NCBI RefSeq assembly: GCF_018977255.1
Contig: NW_024704742.1
Span: 88,228,001 to 88,292,000, forward strand
Reading direction: 5' to 3'
Origin: Callorhinchus milii
Lineage: Eukaryota
DNA: 64,000 nucleotides
Shown here: piece after piece, positions 37,977 through 50,875 of the stretch
Numbering within the stretch: position 1 is the first letter of the stretch
Layout of the letters: every line of letters begins with the position of its first letter
Notes under the pieces: model-generated
Told to the model about the DNA's origin: nothing
Database searches by the model: none
The model's input: the letters and a program-made list of their open reading frames with translations, nothing else
Made by a program: the position numbers and the translations under genes

Positions 37977-38138
37977 TGTGTCTAAGTGTGTCCTCTGATG
38001 CTTGGCTCTGTCGCTGGAGTTGCTGAAGGCCTTTTGGCAGCCTGGATGCTGACATAGGTAGGGCTTTTCCCCAGTGTGGCTTCGTAGGTGAATCTTGAGA
38101 TTTTCGAGTCTTGAAAAAGCCTTATTGCAGCCTTCAAA
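37977..38138 (-). CDS. GLIS3: GLIS3 internal coding exon (equivalent to human exon 5): most of C2H2 zinc finger 3 plus finger 4
   Basis: Minus strand reads [54 protein letters not shown] (162 nt, phase 0-0). Acceptor ctctgcAG at 38139-38140, donor GTaag at 37976-37972. Missing from the ORF track (under 60 aa, no ATG). Near-identical to GLIS1/GLIS3 fingers as recalled. Confidence 0.97.
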
Positions 38139-41100
38139 CTGCAGAGGAAGTTGAGAGAAACTATTACTTCACGAAAAACAAAACTGCTAATTTCTCTGCA
38201 GTTTTTTCAACACTTCCAGCAGCAACATATATTTCTTACACCTCAGTATCCAACTTACTTTCTTAATGTTTTATTTGGTCAATCAGGGGTCTGATACATG
38301 GGGAAACCCATCACCATTCTTAAGAGTATCCAAATCAGATAGTTCCATATGTGTATGCCACCTTCACCTGGAAATCTCCCTGTGTCCAGAATGGGATGCA
38401 AACTCTCTCCTTGGAGGGATGATTCCCACTGATCAATATGTGCTGCCAATCTCTACCTTTGCTCCTAGCTTCCTGCCAAACCATTGATTCACACTAGGTG
38501 TAAGGATGAGCACTTGGGCTGCATGTTACTATTATTGATGACCTCTGGAGAAAAAAGTGGGAGATTTCAGGATATGATGAAAACCTTTTGTTGCAAGCAT
38601 TCCTCCTCTGCTACCTCTTATAATATAAATATTTAATTAAAATGCATTGACTCCAAACAAGTGAACGTCTGAAAGAAGCTGCTGTACATTTTCGAAGATT
38701 GTTAAAATGCAATAATTTGCTGATTTAGTATTTTATATCCTAATAAAATGCTAAAGTAAACAGAAACAGTTTCACCTCTGTTAGCTGAACATGAAGAAGA
38801 AAGAATTGGAGGGACATAGGAGAGGGGAATGGGAGTGCTTGGGGCTCATATAGAGTATCAATACTGGCAAGGACTACTTGGGTCAAATGATCTATTTCTA
38901 TGACCTATCACTCTAGGTAATTCTACACAACAGACTGTAAATTATACTAATTAAATTGTTTGGCCAATAACTATATTTTTATTAAATAATCTTTGCTTTA
39001 CAGACTTGTTTTTAGCATTTTATTTATAACTGTGAATAAATTAAACAAAATGTATTATCGTGAGCTTACGATATTAAAATACTTCCAAAGAAATTAAATT
39101 AGTGGTGAGTAGCTCTTGTAATATTGCTATTTGTAATGTATTGCTTATAAATGAAATACCAACAGAAATTGTAAACAGAATATTTGCATTTTGTTGATAC
39201 AAATAAAATCTTATAAATATGGATGCAAAATAATTCAACATAAAAATCAGCCAGAGCCACAATTAATTATTTTTGATAATAATAGAGAAATGTATTAATA
39301 ATGAATTTATTGTGAATATGCTCTCAGTAAACTGACTCTGGTACTGGCATTTGCAATTGGTAAGATTGGTTTTAGCAAGATACAAATTTGACAAAGAGGC
39401 ATGAGCCTGGTTTGCTGAATTGCTTGGGACTGTAATAGATTGTGTGATCGAGTACCTATTGTGTAGCTAAGTGCTAGTCCTAGAGCAGCTCATGTTTAAA
39501 TGATACAACACAGGCATTTAAGATGGTTTGGGGGGCTCTCATTAATTAACTTAAGTTACAACATAAGCCGAGGCTTCATGGTTCACTACGTGCTCTTAGT
39601 CACAGAGAGGATTAAAGCTTGTGGGAAAAGGACAAAGAAAACCCACAGCAATGTGGTTTGAAAGGACCATCTCATATCTAAGATCTGGTTCATAACTTGG
39701 CTCATAACATCGCAACATTTCTGAGGATTAGGTGATGTAAAAAAATTAAGTCAATAGCAAGACGTTGTCTGCAGAAGATGTCTTTACAGTCAACCAACGC
39801 TTCACTCACATTCTTCAAGGGCCCACTCTAGGTTGGAAACAGCTTAGTGTCAGAATATTTACAAAGGGCTGACTTCATTCCCACTGCAGCCAGTTTATGG
39901 GAGATCCTCCAGCTCACATTCCAATGGGGGAAACATTCTGCAAGTATTAAACCGAGCGCACTACTTCGTCTGGTGCAGCTTAGCTCACTTAACCATCAAC
40001 GTGACCTTTCTCCTCAAGCTTCTAAAGCAATGTCCAGGACGGTATTTAAAAAAAAGGCTTTATTAGCTCAAGTTCTCCTCATTCTCCTCATGCCAGGCAA
40101 CACATGTGGTGTCCAAGTATCTCAGAATATAAAACGACATTCAAACCTACTCCAAACTGGGTCGATTTAGATTTATTTGGAAATTACAATTAAAGCTTGA
40201 TTTACACAAACAATTCAGAGGTGCTTCTCCTGTAATACCACCGAACATATACAACAGGACACTTTGAGAAGGTTCAGTTGCTCTTTGCAAGGCTTATGCT
40301 AATGTTGGAGACACCATGCCAAAAGCCTTGCATGGTCTGTGAACTTTTGCTTCAGCTGCTGTTATGAAGTGACAAGTGTATCCTAGATTGTTGAGGCTAA
40401 TTGATGACTGTTGTTCTTTTGCTCCAGTGTGTGTTACCAATGTTGTTAGTTGATATTCAGATTGGTTTAATAACAATGCATCCTAGTACCCTGTGGCCAA
40501 GTAAGTCTGTTTTTGTTCTTGGTCTCAATTTCTTTTCTCACCATCTCAAAATATTGTGAAGGAGCAACAAACAAGGCAAACAGGAAGCTGGGCAATACTG
40601 CCAAATCAATTGAGTTTAGATTTTCAGATATGCAAGGAGAATAAGCAATTTTGGGGGGTTAAAAAGTAAGCAATGAATAAGCAATAAGCAAGCTGACAAG
40701 CTAGAGCCCTTCAGTCTTGAAAAGAGACCTCTCAGTGGGGACCCTATATATAGCTGTATATGATTATAAGTGGGATTGAGAAAGTAAACTTAGAACAACA
40801 CTTTTGGTTAAATAAAATAAAAATACCAAATACATTCTTGCTTTTGATACAGTGCTCTTCACATCGGGAGGATGGCTCAAAGCGCTTGGCAGGATTCAAC
40901 TTAAAGTGTAGTGACTGTCTATCTTTACAGGTGATGCATCGACACCAAGGACAAATGCACACAGATTAAACGTTGCAAAGTGGAATTTCAGAACAGACAC
41001 CAGAAAGTATTTCTTTACCCAAAGGGTAATGAATGAGTGAACAGGTTACCAGGAAGGATGGTTACCACAAAATCAATTATGTACCATTTGTATTCAAAAT

Positions 41101-41515
41101 AATGTTTGCAGTTTTATAATTTATAATTCATAACATGATAATATAACTATTGCTAAGGACCTTTATTATTGCAATTTGAGTGCAATTTTCAGTATCACAA
41201 CATACAAGATGAATATCTACAAAACCAGTTAACCCAGGCAGACCGGAGTTTCCCTAGACCTATTCACAGTATAGTGTTACACTTACTAAACCTATTTCAT
41301 TTGCCAGGTAATAGGCTAATAACTGCAATGAATTGTAAAGCAAAGTATCATAAAAAATATTTCTGAATTTCCTTGATGCCACACAGACATAAAATGTTTA
41401 ATCTCTAGATTAGAGAAAAGGAGGGTAACAGGGATTTTCATAGATAGTAGACAGCATAGACAAGGTAAACTTGGAATGCAAAATCCAAGAAAGTGGGACA
41501 AGACACCATCAGGTT

Positions 41516-41899
41516 GGAGTCCTGTAGCTTAGTGGAGTCCTGTAGCTTAATAGTTAGAGCACATGCCTCGTAAGTGAGAGGACCTGGTTCGATTCCCGGC
41601 AGGGTGAAATGTTTCCTTACTCCACACGCCTCTATTTACCTAGCAGTAAGTAGGAACCCGGTTGTTAGTTGATTGGCAGATCACTTTCCCGGGGGTAATA
41701 ATTCCTTCAAAATAAATAAAAATAATTTGGTCACTCAATCCATGGCTGTTTGTGGGACACTGCTGTGTGCAATTGACTGCCGCGTTTCACCCATAAAATA
41801 TGCAGTCAATTCACTTTACACTATATTCTGTGAAGCACTTTGAGACGCCCTGAAGATATGATAAGGGGATATATCAAATACAAGTAATATTATTATTAT
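41516..41899 (+). mobile_element. Family A SINE (long form) with duplicated 5' end
   Basis: GGAGTCCTGTAGCTTA occurs twice in tandem at the start, followed by B box, long internal segment and tail. Confidence 0.88.
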
Positions 41900-42287
41900 C
41901 AAATTAAAATTAAACAAAGCAGAAAATTCTGTTCTGTTTTGGAAAAATAGAACCATAGAAATTTATGGCACAGAAGAGGCCATTCAGCCCATCTTGTCTG
42001 TGTTGCCTTCATCAAGAGCAATCCTTTCAATCTAATTTACCTGCCCTTTCCCCATACCCCTGTACCTGATTCCTTTAAAAGTACTTATCAAGTTCCCTCT
42101 TGAAGGCCAATATGGATTATGCTTCAACCACTGCTCCAAACAAGACATTTCATAGCCTAACCACTTTGTGTATGAAAACATTTCTCCTAACCGCCACAAA
42201 CGTGTTTCCAATTAAGGAGTGATAAATATTTCAAACAGTTTACCAGGTGGGGCAATAATAGTAGAAACTTTTTCATAATAATGATGT

Positions 42288-42604
42288 TAATAATAATAAT
42301 AATCCTTGCATTTGATATAGCGCTTTTCACATCTTCTAGATGTCTTAAAGCGCTTCACAGAATAGACTGTATAGTGAATTGATTGTATATTTATGGAGAA
42401 AACGCAGCAGCCAATTGCGCACAGCAGTGTCCCACAAACAGTCGTGGATTGAAAATGACCAATTTATTATTGTTTTGTTTTGGAGGGATTATTATTAGGC
42501 GTGTGGAGTAAGGAAACCTGCCCAAGGTTTCGCCCTGCCTGGAATTGAACTCGGGTCTCTCACTTGCAAGGCGAGTGCTCTAACCACTGAGCTACAGGAC
42601 TCCA
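42288..42604 (-). mobile_element. Full-length family A SINE (short young form)
   Basis: Minus strand starts GGAGTCCTGTAGCTCAGTGGTTAGAGC; matches 8968-9283 and 36927-37241. Confidence 0.92.
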
Positions 42605-43734
42605 TGATTCCAGGCCTCCATTCAAACAAACTGGATGTTATGGGGTGAGTTTTGGTGTCAGTGTGATATGTGCCCCTGAGTCACAAGGTTGTGGGTTCAA
42701 ATCTTATGTCAGGACTTTGAGCTCATAGTCGAGGCCAAAGGATCTCAAACTGTGTTATACTGAGCCTCCCCAAGCTAAGAAAAATAACAATAGTGCTTCC
42801 CTGTAGTTTACGAAGGCAACACATCGTGGACCTGCTCAGTGTACATCCCAGTTTTAAATAAACAACATCATATTTTTGGCTCCTGTATTATGCTGGAAAC
42901 TCCACTGCTGCTATTACTTTGTCTTGTGAGGTACCAGTATGTTTTTCTCCCATTGTCACAAAACAAGCCATTTTTCTAATAATTATTTCTGTTAGAAAAG
43001 AATTCTGCAAAATATTTCTCACAACTTTTTTTTAAATCAACAACGTCCTGCTTTTTTAAAAAAAAAACATATTTGTAGGCATGAGAGTCGGCTTGGCTGT
43101 CTGCACACATGAGTGAAAATGGTTCCCGCTTTAACCTTGAGAGAGGCTGGTCCGTGCTCACAGACACCCCAGCCAATTCCATAGGTAAGGATTTATTTTT
43201 CGAATGAAGTGTTGGGAGGTATGCAACTGGTGTCTCCCCTGGCACAGGTCTGCCCAAAGTGCTTAACAATCCTGATTTAGCATCCAAGCTGAGGGCGGGA
43301 ACTGAGGAGGTTGGGAGGGGAAGGATGACTGAAAGAGTAGTCAACAAGTTACATTTGGGGTTTTGCCTTGAAAAAGAGGAGGCTGAAAGCCCAACTGCTT
43401 TTGGTGGGTCGGGTAGAGTGGTGACATGGAGCAGACTGTGAGCTGGAAAGGAAAGGCTGCAAAGTTCTGAACAGTTTGCAGCTAGCGTAGGGAAGAGCCT
43501 GGTAGTCTGGCAAGCAGAGTGTTGGCATAGTTGGGACGTCATCAGTGCCTTGGGACATCCTCCCGACGTGAAAGTCACTATACAAATGTAATTTGTTGTT
43601 TGTTTTTGTAGTGAAGCCTGGGCATGATGAATGTATGATTGCGTTTACACAAGGTAAATTCAAATACATTTTGTCACCAGCAACGGCATCAAATGTTTGA
43701 AGATTAATCATGCTGTTCCTTTCTGATCACTTGC

Positions 43735-45613
43735 AAGTCAAAATTACACACTGAACATAAAGGATGTAAATTCAGAATCTGCATTCATTTGGGGAGGTAA
43801 GGAAAGCAAATACATAATTTTACATGGGAAATTCCTGTGAGGTGCCTGCGCCTATATTTTTGCAATGCGTGTCTGTGTCCAGCTCGTGAAGGGGTCCTGA
43901 GATATTCATGTATTTTGGCCGTTTTTCTTCCAAGTTGAAAATTATAACACTTTATCAGCAACACCAAGACCACATATATTTGGCCTTTGCTCTTTGGAAT
44001 AGCATACACTACGTGCTCTGTCGTTGATGAACTTAAGGGTAATTTGGAAAGATATATCCGTACAGAATTACGAAAGTGCAGAACAAAGAAATGACTCAGG
44101 ACTCCAGAGAGGTGAGAAATGGAACTGTATTGAAGCAAAATGATGAAGTATTTACACTGCTTACATCCCTAACAATGTTTGTGCCATCAGTGAGCTATGT
44201 TGTGTGTTTATTCTTCCACTGGTTTCTCCCTGCGAGCTCACCAGCTTGATTTGGTGCAGCAGTAACCTGTCAAAGGGAAAGAGAGCGGCATCCTTGAAAG
44301 TAAGTGTCCCCAGCGTGTGGGGTGGGGGAGGAGAGACAAGGCCTCACCGTCTGAAATCTCCACTCACCACAGAAACACATTCTTGCTGCACTTTGAGACC
44401 CCCTTTGAAGGTGCCTCATTGTGGCTGCTGCACATCTCACCCTCTTTCTTCTTCAGTGCTTGGTGCTCTACTAAGCACTGTCTCCGTCAACTACCTTTCC
44501 TTCTATCATCTATGTGCCACAGTGCAGGATAACAGCTTGAGGCAGTATTGGACTGTCAGGCACAGCTGGGTGTGTGTGGCTTGTACTGCATGTCTGATGT
44601 CAGCTCCATCCTTCCCCTTTGTCTCCTCATTTTCTTTATCTTCCTCATCCTCGTCCTCCTCTAGGGGCACGATGGCAGTGATGTCCTCCTCAAAACATGT
44701 CATCCAGCTGCTGCTGATGTAAAGGAGAACACAGGGAGAGGAGCTGGAAGAAAGAAATGAGAAGTACGTGTGCAAGCTTCTTAACAAAGCAGACCTTCCC
44801 TGATGACCAGGGAAGGCACTGTACAGGTAATTCACATCATGTACTGCGTGAGATAAAGCTGAATAAGCATCAGTAACCGAATACCTGGTCTATATCACTC
44901 CAAGGCACCCCAAACTTCCTCATCTTCCTCCGGGACAAGAATTAATGGAGCTATCTCCTCCATTGTTGGTAGTTGCTGGTACATCCCCCTGTGTTGCCTG
45001 TTGTTGAACTAACTCCCTCTGAGAAGGAACCATGTACATCAGGTCGTCAGGTTCTGTATTTTACAGGTCCCCGTTTCGGGGAAGACATGCAATAATCTGG
45101 GTTTATTGAAAATTATGCTATAGCCACATGATCTGGCACTGTTGGTCTTACCTTTGCCATCTCCTTGGGATAGCTGAAAGTTTTCCGGACCGTCGGGCAG
45201 TACAATCCGACCCCAATGGCAACCAGTCCCAGTCGGTCCCTCACTCAGTCACTAACTCCTCTTTTGCTGACGTCGGGAAATATTTCCAGTGACAGTGAAT
45301 AGACGATGTCTGAACTCCATTATAGCCTCAGCCACGGCCATCTGATTCCAACTCAGGCCTTGGGTGTCCCCTGCTCTCAGTTCCAGCTCCTTCCATTGAC
45401 TTTGTTGCGGCTCCATTTCACGTTCAAATCAACATTTGGAAGCTACCAGCATGCGGTAATTGGCTCACTCTGAAAAAGGCTTGTGGCTGGCCATAGTTAG
45501 CCTGCTAGAGACTAACACTCAGGAGGAGGGATATCACAGTTACTGTGTGCCACAAATAATATGGATAGGGGTTCCAGACACCTTTGCTCCAGTACCAATT
45601 GGAATTTTGACCC
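43735..45613 (-). mobile_element. Probable decayed PIF/Harbinger element carrying a Myb/SANT-like ORF remnant
   Basis: Minus-strand remnant MAVAEAIMEFRHRLF...SRRQQKRS*...VRKTFSYPKEMAK|gtaag, then ag|RELVQQQATQGDVP/QLPTMEEIAPLIL and an acidic EEDEDEEDKENEE segment. Candidate TIRs: GGGTCAAAATT (45613-45603, minus) and aaGTCAAAATT (43735-43745). Confidence 0.45.
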
Positions 45614-47745
45614 AATGAAATAATAATACCGATAATCCTTACAATTGATACAGTGAGGACGTCTCAACATGCTTCAGAGGATATATTGTAAAGTGTAGTG
45701 ACTGTATATTTTGTAGGCAAACAAAATAGCAATAGTAATGGATGGAAAGGAACCAAAACGTGATAGCCAATTTGCACACAACAATGTCCCACAAATAGCC
45801 AAGAAATGAATGACCAATTTTATGTGGGGAATTGTTGGCTAGGACACTGGGAGAAACTCCCTTCCTTTTTCAAATAGTGCCAAAGGAACTTTAATGTCCA
45901 CCTGAACAGACAGACAGGGTCTAGGTTTAACGTCACAAAAACATTTTCATTCTTGTTGTCATCACATTTGTTACCTCATTAAAAATGATAGCGTTTATAC
46001 AATGGATCTGCATGGAAAAAATCTATTGTAAATCTCCAAATCTGCATAGAGCACTCAGAACTGAGTCTGCTGGTTTACTGACTGAGGCCTAAAACTTCTA
46101 GAGTATCCCATAATAATAACAGTTGAATTTGATATCAAGTCGTCAAAACATCTCAAAAGTGTTTTACAGAATTTACAGTGAAGTTTAGTTACTGTGTATT
46201 AGTAGGTGAAAACATCAGCCAATTTGTGCACACATGCAGATGAAGAATCATTGATGTCCTTTAACGATTAACTTTCCACCCTCCTAATCCTAATCCAATA
46301 ACAACAACAACAACCTGCCCCTCATACAGGGTAGTATCCCCCCCAGTCTACTCCATTGCCCTCTATTCCCATCTCCATCATGTATGCAAGGATAATGAAT
46401 AACCAACCGATTTGAATAATCTTAAACATGATCTAGTGTTTGGATATCCACAAGTAAGAATGATCAGACTTCATTCTTCCACACATTGCTTTGTTATTAG
46501 CACATAAGGAAATTAAAGGCTATTCAATGAGTCAAAGTAAAAGAGATGAAGTTAATGGCCTGTATTCCTTTGCCAGTTGGTTCCAATTGAGGCTGCGTAT
46601 AATTCTGTTTGATGTGGGTTTAGGATGTTTATACTGGCAATAGGCTATTTGAACACATGTTCAAAGGAAATACAGTAGGCACAGTTATTGCAGTGTAACA
46701 TGATGTGGGAAGGCAGTGCGATGATGCGCTGAGCTGCAGTGAAATGTGAACATAATAGTGCAACACAATACACTGAGATGTGGCACAGAATTAACACCTG
46801 TCGTCTAATCTCAGCAGACTCAGGAGCAGGTGCTTCTCCAATGGGACGAAGGGTGCACGGCAAAGTCCAAGAACCTCACTGGTGAAGAGTGTGAGATAGG
46901 CTGTCCTGTCTGTGTGTGGCTGGGTGAGACTCAAGCAAGAGGAAGAAGAGAAATACCTCCCTTAAAACAAAAGAAGTGTTATTAGCCCCAATATTAGTAA
47001 TCCTTACATTTCACACAAAGCCTTTCATGTCAGGAAGATGTCTCAATGAGTTTCTTTTGCATACAGCTATGGAGTGAGAGACCAATTCTATCTGGCCAGG
47101 ACACTGTGAGAAACTCCCTTCTCTTTTTGAATGGTGCCGTGAGATCTTTAACGTCTCATCCGAAGGACGGCATCCCCAACACAACATTGGAATGTCAGCC
47201 TTGACATTGTGAGTTCAAAATCCTAACAAGGAGTTTAGACCACAACCTTCTGACTCAGAGGCCAGAGTTCTACCAACTGAGCCAGGCTGATGCATATTAA
47301 GTCGTGTCCATGAAATCTAACACTTCGAGAACAATATGATCACCGTGTGTGGTACAACTGTACGATATATATGGTAAAGCATGATAACTTACAAGGTTCA
47401 GAAGTGCTTACAAACAAGGGTCATGAGTGATCTCCAGATTGTGTGTGTCCCCCCATCCCATGCCCCTACACACACACACACCACCATCAACCATTGACTC
47501 CTCTTAACTTAATCTTCTTACCCTCTAAATACGGTAACAGAATGAATTGAAAAAGATTAATTGTCAATTTTCCTTTTAAATGAAATGATTTCAGATGTGG
47601 TTGCTGAACATTTGTTTCCCCGCTTATGCCAACTGATGTCAGTTGTGATGTTGTAATGTGGGGTGTAACTGCAAAGGGATACTCTGGGGTCTTTTATGAT
47701 GGGATTGTTAAAAGGATGCACAAATATCGAATCCTGTGGGACATG

Positions 47746-47769
47746 TTAGGGTTAGAGTTAGGGTTAGGG
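47746..47769 (+). repeat. Short interstitial telomere-like repeat
   Basis: TTAGGG TTAGAG TTAGGG TTAGGG. Confidence 0.7.
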
Positions 47770-50322
47770 GTCTCTTTGTGGTTACCCCCCATATTACAAC
47801 ATCGGCTGATCTCCTGCTGACCGCTGGAAGTCCTCCTTGACCTCAATTAAAGATGTTAAACATGAGATCAGCACTCGAGCATTCAGAATGCCATCTTCCC
47901 ATTACAGCACTAAGCTGCTTCTTAAATGAATCCAGAGTCCTAGTTTCAACCAACCTTCTTGGTAACCCATTGCAGTCATTATTTACCTGCTGAGTAAATA
48001 AATACTTCCTGGTTTCTGTCCTAAAATTCACCAACAAAATACACAGTCACTACAATTCATAGTAAAGTACTGTGAAGATCTTTGAGACATCTTGAAGATG
48101 GGATAAGGCACTATATCAAATGCAATGATTAATAATTATTAAAATAACTCTTCATAATCCTGAACCTGTGTCCACTAGTCCTACTACAATGGTGTATCTG
48201 ATGGTATTACCTTGGTTTACTCTCTCAATGCCATTTGGCATCTCATTGACTTTTATAAAGCCACCTCTTCCTATGTTCCCAAATTTTTCCTATTTACTAA
48301 CTTAGCACATACATTAATCTTAGCACCTATATATTTTTCTATGGTACTCAGTTTCTCACTGGATGTTATGGTACCTTAGATGTGAGAGAAATAACAAACT
48401 CAAAGAGGAAGATTTCAGGAGCATTAGTTTAAGAGAAGGGAGTGAGCAATTGTCACAGTATTGAGTGACAGCCATGGAGATTGGTCAGCAGAGGTTTACT
48501 CAGATGATATTAGTGATGTGAGGTTATTGCTATGCCTGGAGACTGGGGACCCACCCACAGGACCCCTCACTGTCTCTCCCCACCCTCTGCCAGCCTCCTG
48601 GGAAAGGTCCTGATTTTACTGGGGCAGATAAGGGGAAGTCTAATATAAGTTTCCCAAATTTTGGATTGGATAAGTAGAGAGAGAAATCAGCAATCCAATA
48701 ACAAAAAAAGAATGAAATTAGAATAATGACAGGAGAAAAAACTGTGAGATTAGCAGATATTTTTTGCACGTTGGATATTAGATATTGGAATGCCATTATA
48801 CCAGTTCAGTACCTTCCTGTCACTCTCTGTGTTGCCTCTCACGAGGTTGTATGAAGCACAAGGTCGGGTGGAGAGTGATGGGCAGAGAGGTGGAGTGGAG
48901 GTGTGGGGTGGGGGTAAAGGAGATACACAAACACCTGAAGGCAGTGGGTGCAGTCACCACCACCCCGCCCCAACCCCACTTATTACCTCCGCCACTGTGT
49001 GAGAAACACCAAATATAACCTCTGAAAACAGCTAAAGTGCAAAACAAAAACGTCTGAAGAGCAAAATATCACAATCTCCCTGCAGGATCCGTTATGCTCT
49101 CTGGCTCTCCGCTCTCCCTGGCAGCCTCCGGAAATGACTGACCTCAGTCCGACCTCTCAGGCTGACCACGGAGGATCCAATTAGCTCTTGCCGCCCGTTT
49201 TGCAAACATCACAAATTAGAGCCATAGGTGAGTGCTGACTCCAATGATCGAATAATCTGAGCTTTGTGAGTATACTTATTCATTGTCTCTTTCCCAGACA
49301 ATCCTTGCCCTTTAGTCTTTCTGTACGATCTTTTGGTTTGGTTTATAGTTCATTCGGCACCGAATGTGGGGTAGGATTCATTCCAAATGTCCCATCAACA
49401 ATCAAACATGATGCTAGTTCAGCTTGTTAATTTGTTACTCTGCCACTCTTGCCCATTGAAAACACTGTCTAACGTTAACAGGGTTGATGTTCTTCAGATT
49501 GAGTTTCAGTACTGTCTCTGATGTCAGTGGAACTGAAAACATGAAGGATCTTGTGTCAAGGTCACCTATTTGATACCATTTGACTTCAATTAGAAGCAGA
49601 AAGTACAAAGTCAGGCAGGTCCATCATTCATAGATCCATGCAGCCCTATTATTAGACACAGGTCAATGAGAGATGCAATCCCTGTATCTTAACAGGCAAC
49701 CTTATACCTGTGACTGTAAGTCAAAGCTTCTGACCGTATCCTTGAGGGAGCTCAGAAAGCCTAAGTTTCGTCCCTTTACTTTGCAATTCCAATCCACTAG
49801 AAATAAAGCACAATGTTTCAAAGTGGACTTTAGCCATAGATTTTTCTTATTCTGAGGCCATCAACTTTGAAACTCGCAAGCTAGTTTGCAATTTATTTAT
49901 TGTTTCTTCATCACCAATGTTTCGGGTGCTGTCACAGTTTAATCGCCCAGTCCCCAATACATTTATAATAATATCGTCAAAAGGCCTGCATTGGCTTGGG
50001 GTTCAAAGGAGAAAGTTTGCCTTATATGTCTGACCAAGTGATGATTGAGAGTGCAGCAGCAGCAATGGCAGGCTGGGTCAGTGGAGTTGTTCTGCTCAGA
50101 CACACTGAGTTGCAGGTTGGGGCATTGCAGGCAGCTTATTAGGCTCAGTTTCAAGAACAGATCATCTGCTGCCGTTTGTACGACTCCTGAAAGACAAAGT
50201 TGCCATTCCACCAACAAACCACAGAGCCTTTCATTTAATATTTTCTTTTTCTCTCTTTTTTTCTTGCTTGGCACTTTTTTAATACAAAAGAAAATTATGC
50301 AAAAGAACAATTCTGCACACTT

Positions 50323-50671
50323 GTGGAGACCTGTAGTGTATTGGTTAGAGCACTAGCCTCACAAGTGAGATTCCTAGGCAGGGCAAAACCTTAGGTAAAT
50401 TTCCTTGATCCACACACCTCTGCTTACCTAGCAATAAGTAGGAACCCACTTGTTAGTTGATTGGCGGATCCCTTTCTGGGGTAATAATGCCTCCAAATAA
50501 ACAATAATAATTTGGACACTCAAACAATGACTGTGGGGCATTGCTGTGCTGTGCGCAATTGGTTGCCGTGTTCCACCCACAAAATATAGTTTACAGTATA
50601 TTCTGTGAAGTACTTTGAGACGTATCAATGACGTGATAAGGTGCTATTTCAAACGTAAGGATTATTAATAT
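50323..50671 (+). mobile_element. Family A SINE (long form, diverged)
   Basis: Degenerate tRNA head, CTTACCTAGCAATAAGTAGGAACC segment, 3' tail. Confidence 0.8.
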
Positions 50672-50875
50672 AAGAAAAATTTAATAATTTCTCTTAGCGC
50701 TTAAAAAAACTTAAGGAAAGAAACATTTCTTATTATGAAAAGCATAAAAAATTACACCCCCATCTCAATTCCAGTTTCACCTCTGTTGGACATGCTGGAA
50801 CACCTGTGCACATGTAATGGATGAATTTTCATAACTGGATCTAGATTAATTCTATTTCGAGAGGGGTTTCTATTT

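Noticed and set aside
37977..38138. Assignment to GLIS1 or GLI/ZIC
   Set aside because: This exon alone cannot separate GLIS1 from GLIS3, but the downstream exons ([28 protein letters not shown]) match GLIS3 as recalled.
42530..42604. tRNA-Ala(TGC)-like sequences with A/B boxes (also at about 9220-9283, 33072-33145, 37175-37241, 58467-58540)
   Set aside because: They lack a proper acceptor stem and run straight into SINE bodies with (ATT)n tails, so they are SINE heads, not tRNA genes.
42976..43578. 200-aa minus-strand ORF
   Set aside because: Begins in a SINE/L2 tail and reads through what looks like decayed L2-like sequence; no splice-consistent link to GLIS3 and no recognisable intact domain.
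44204..44722. 172-aa plus-strand Ser-rich ORF
   Set aside because: Antisense shadow of the acidic tract in the putative Harbinger Myb-like remnant.
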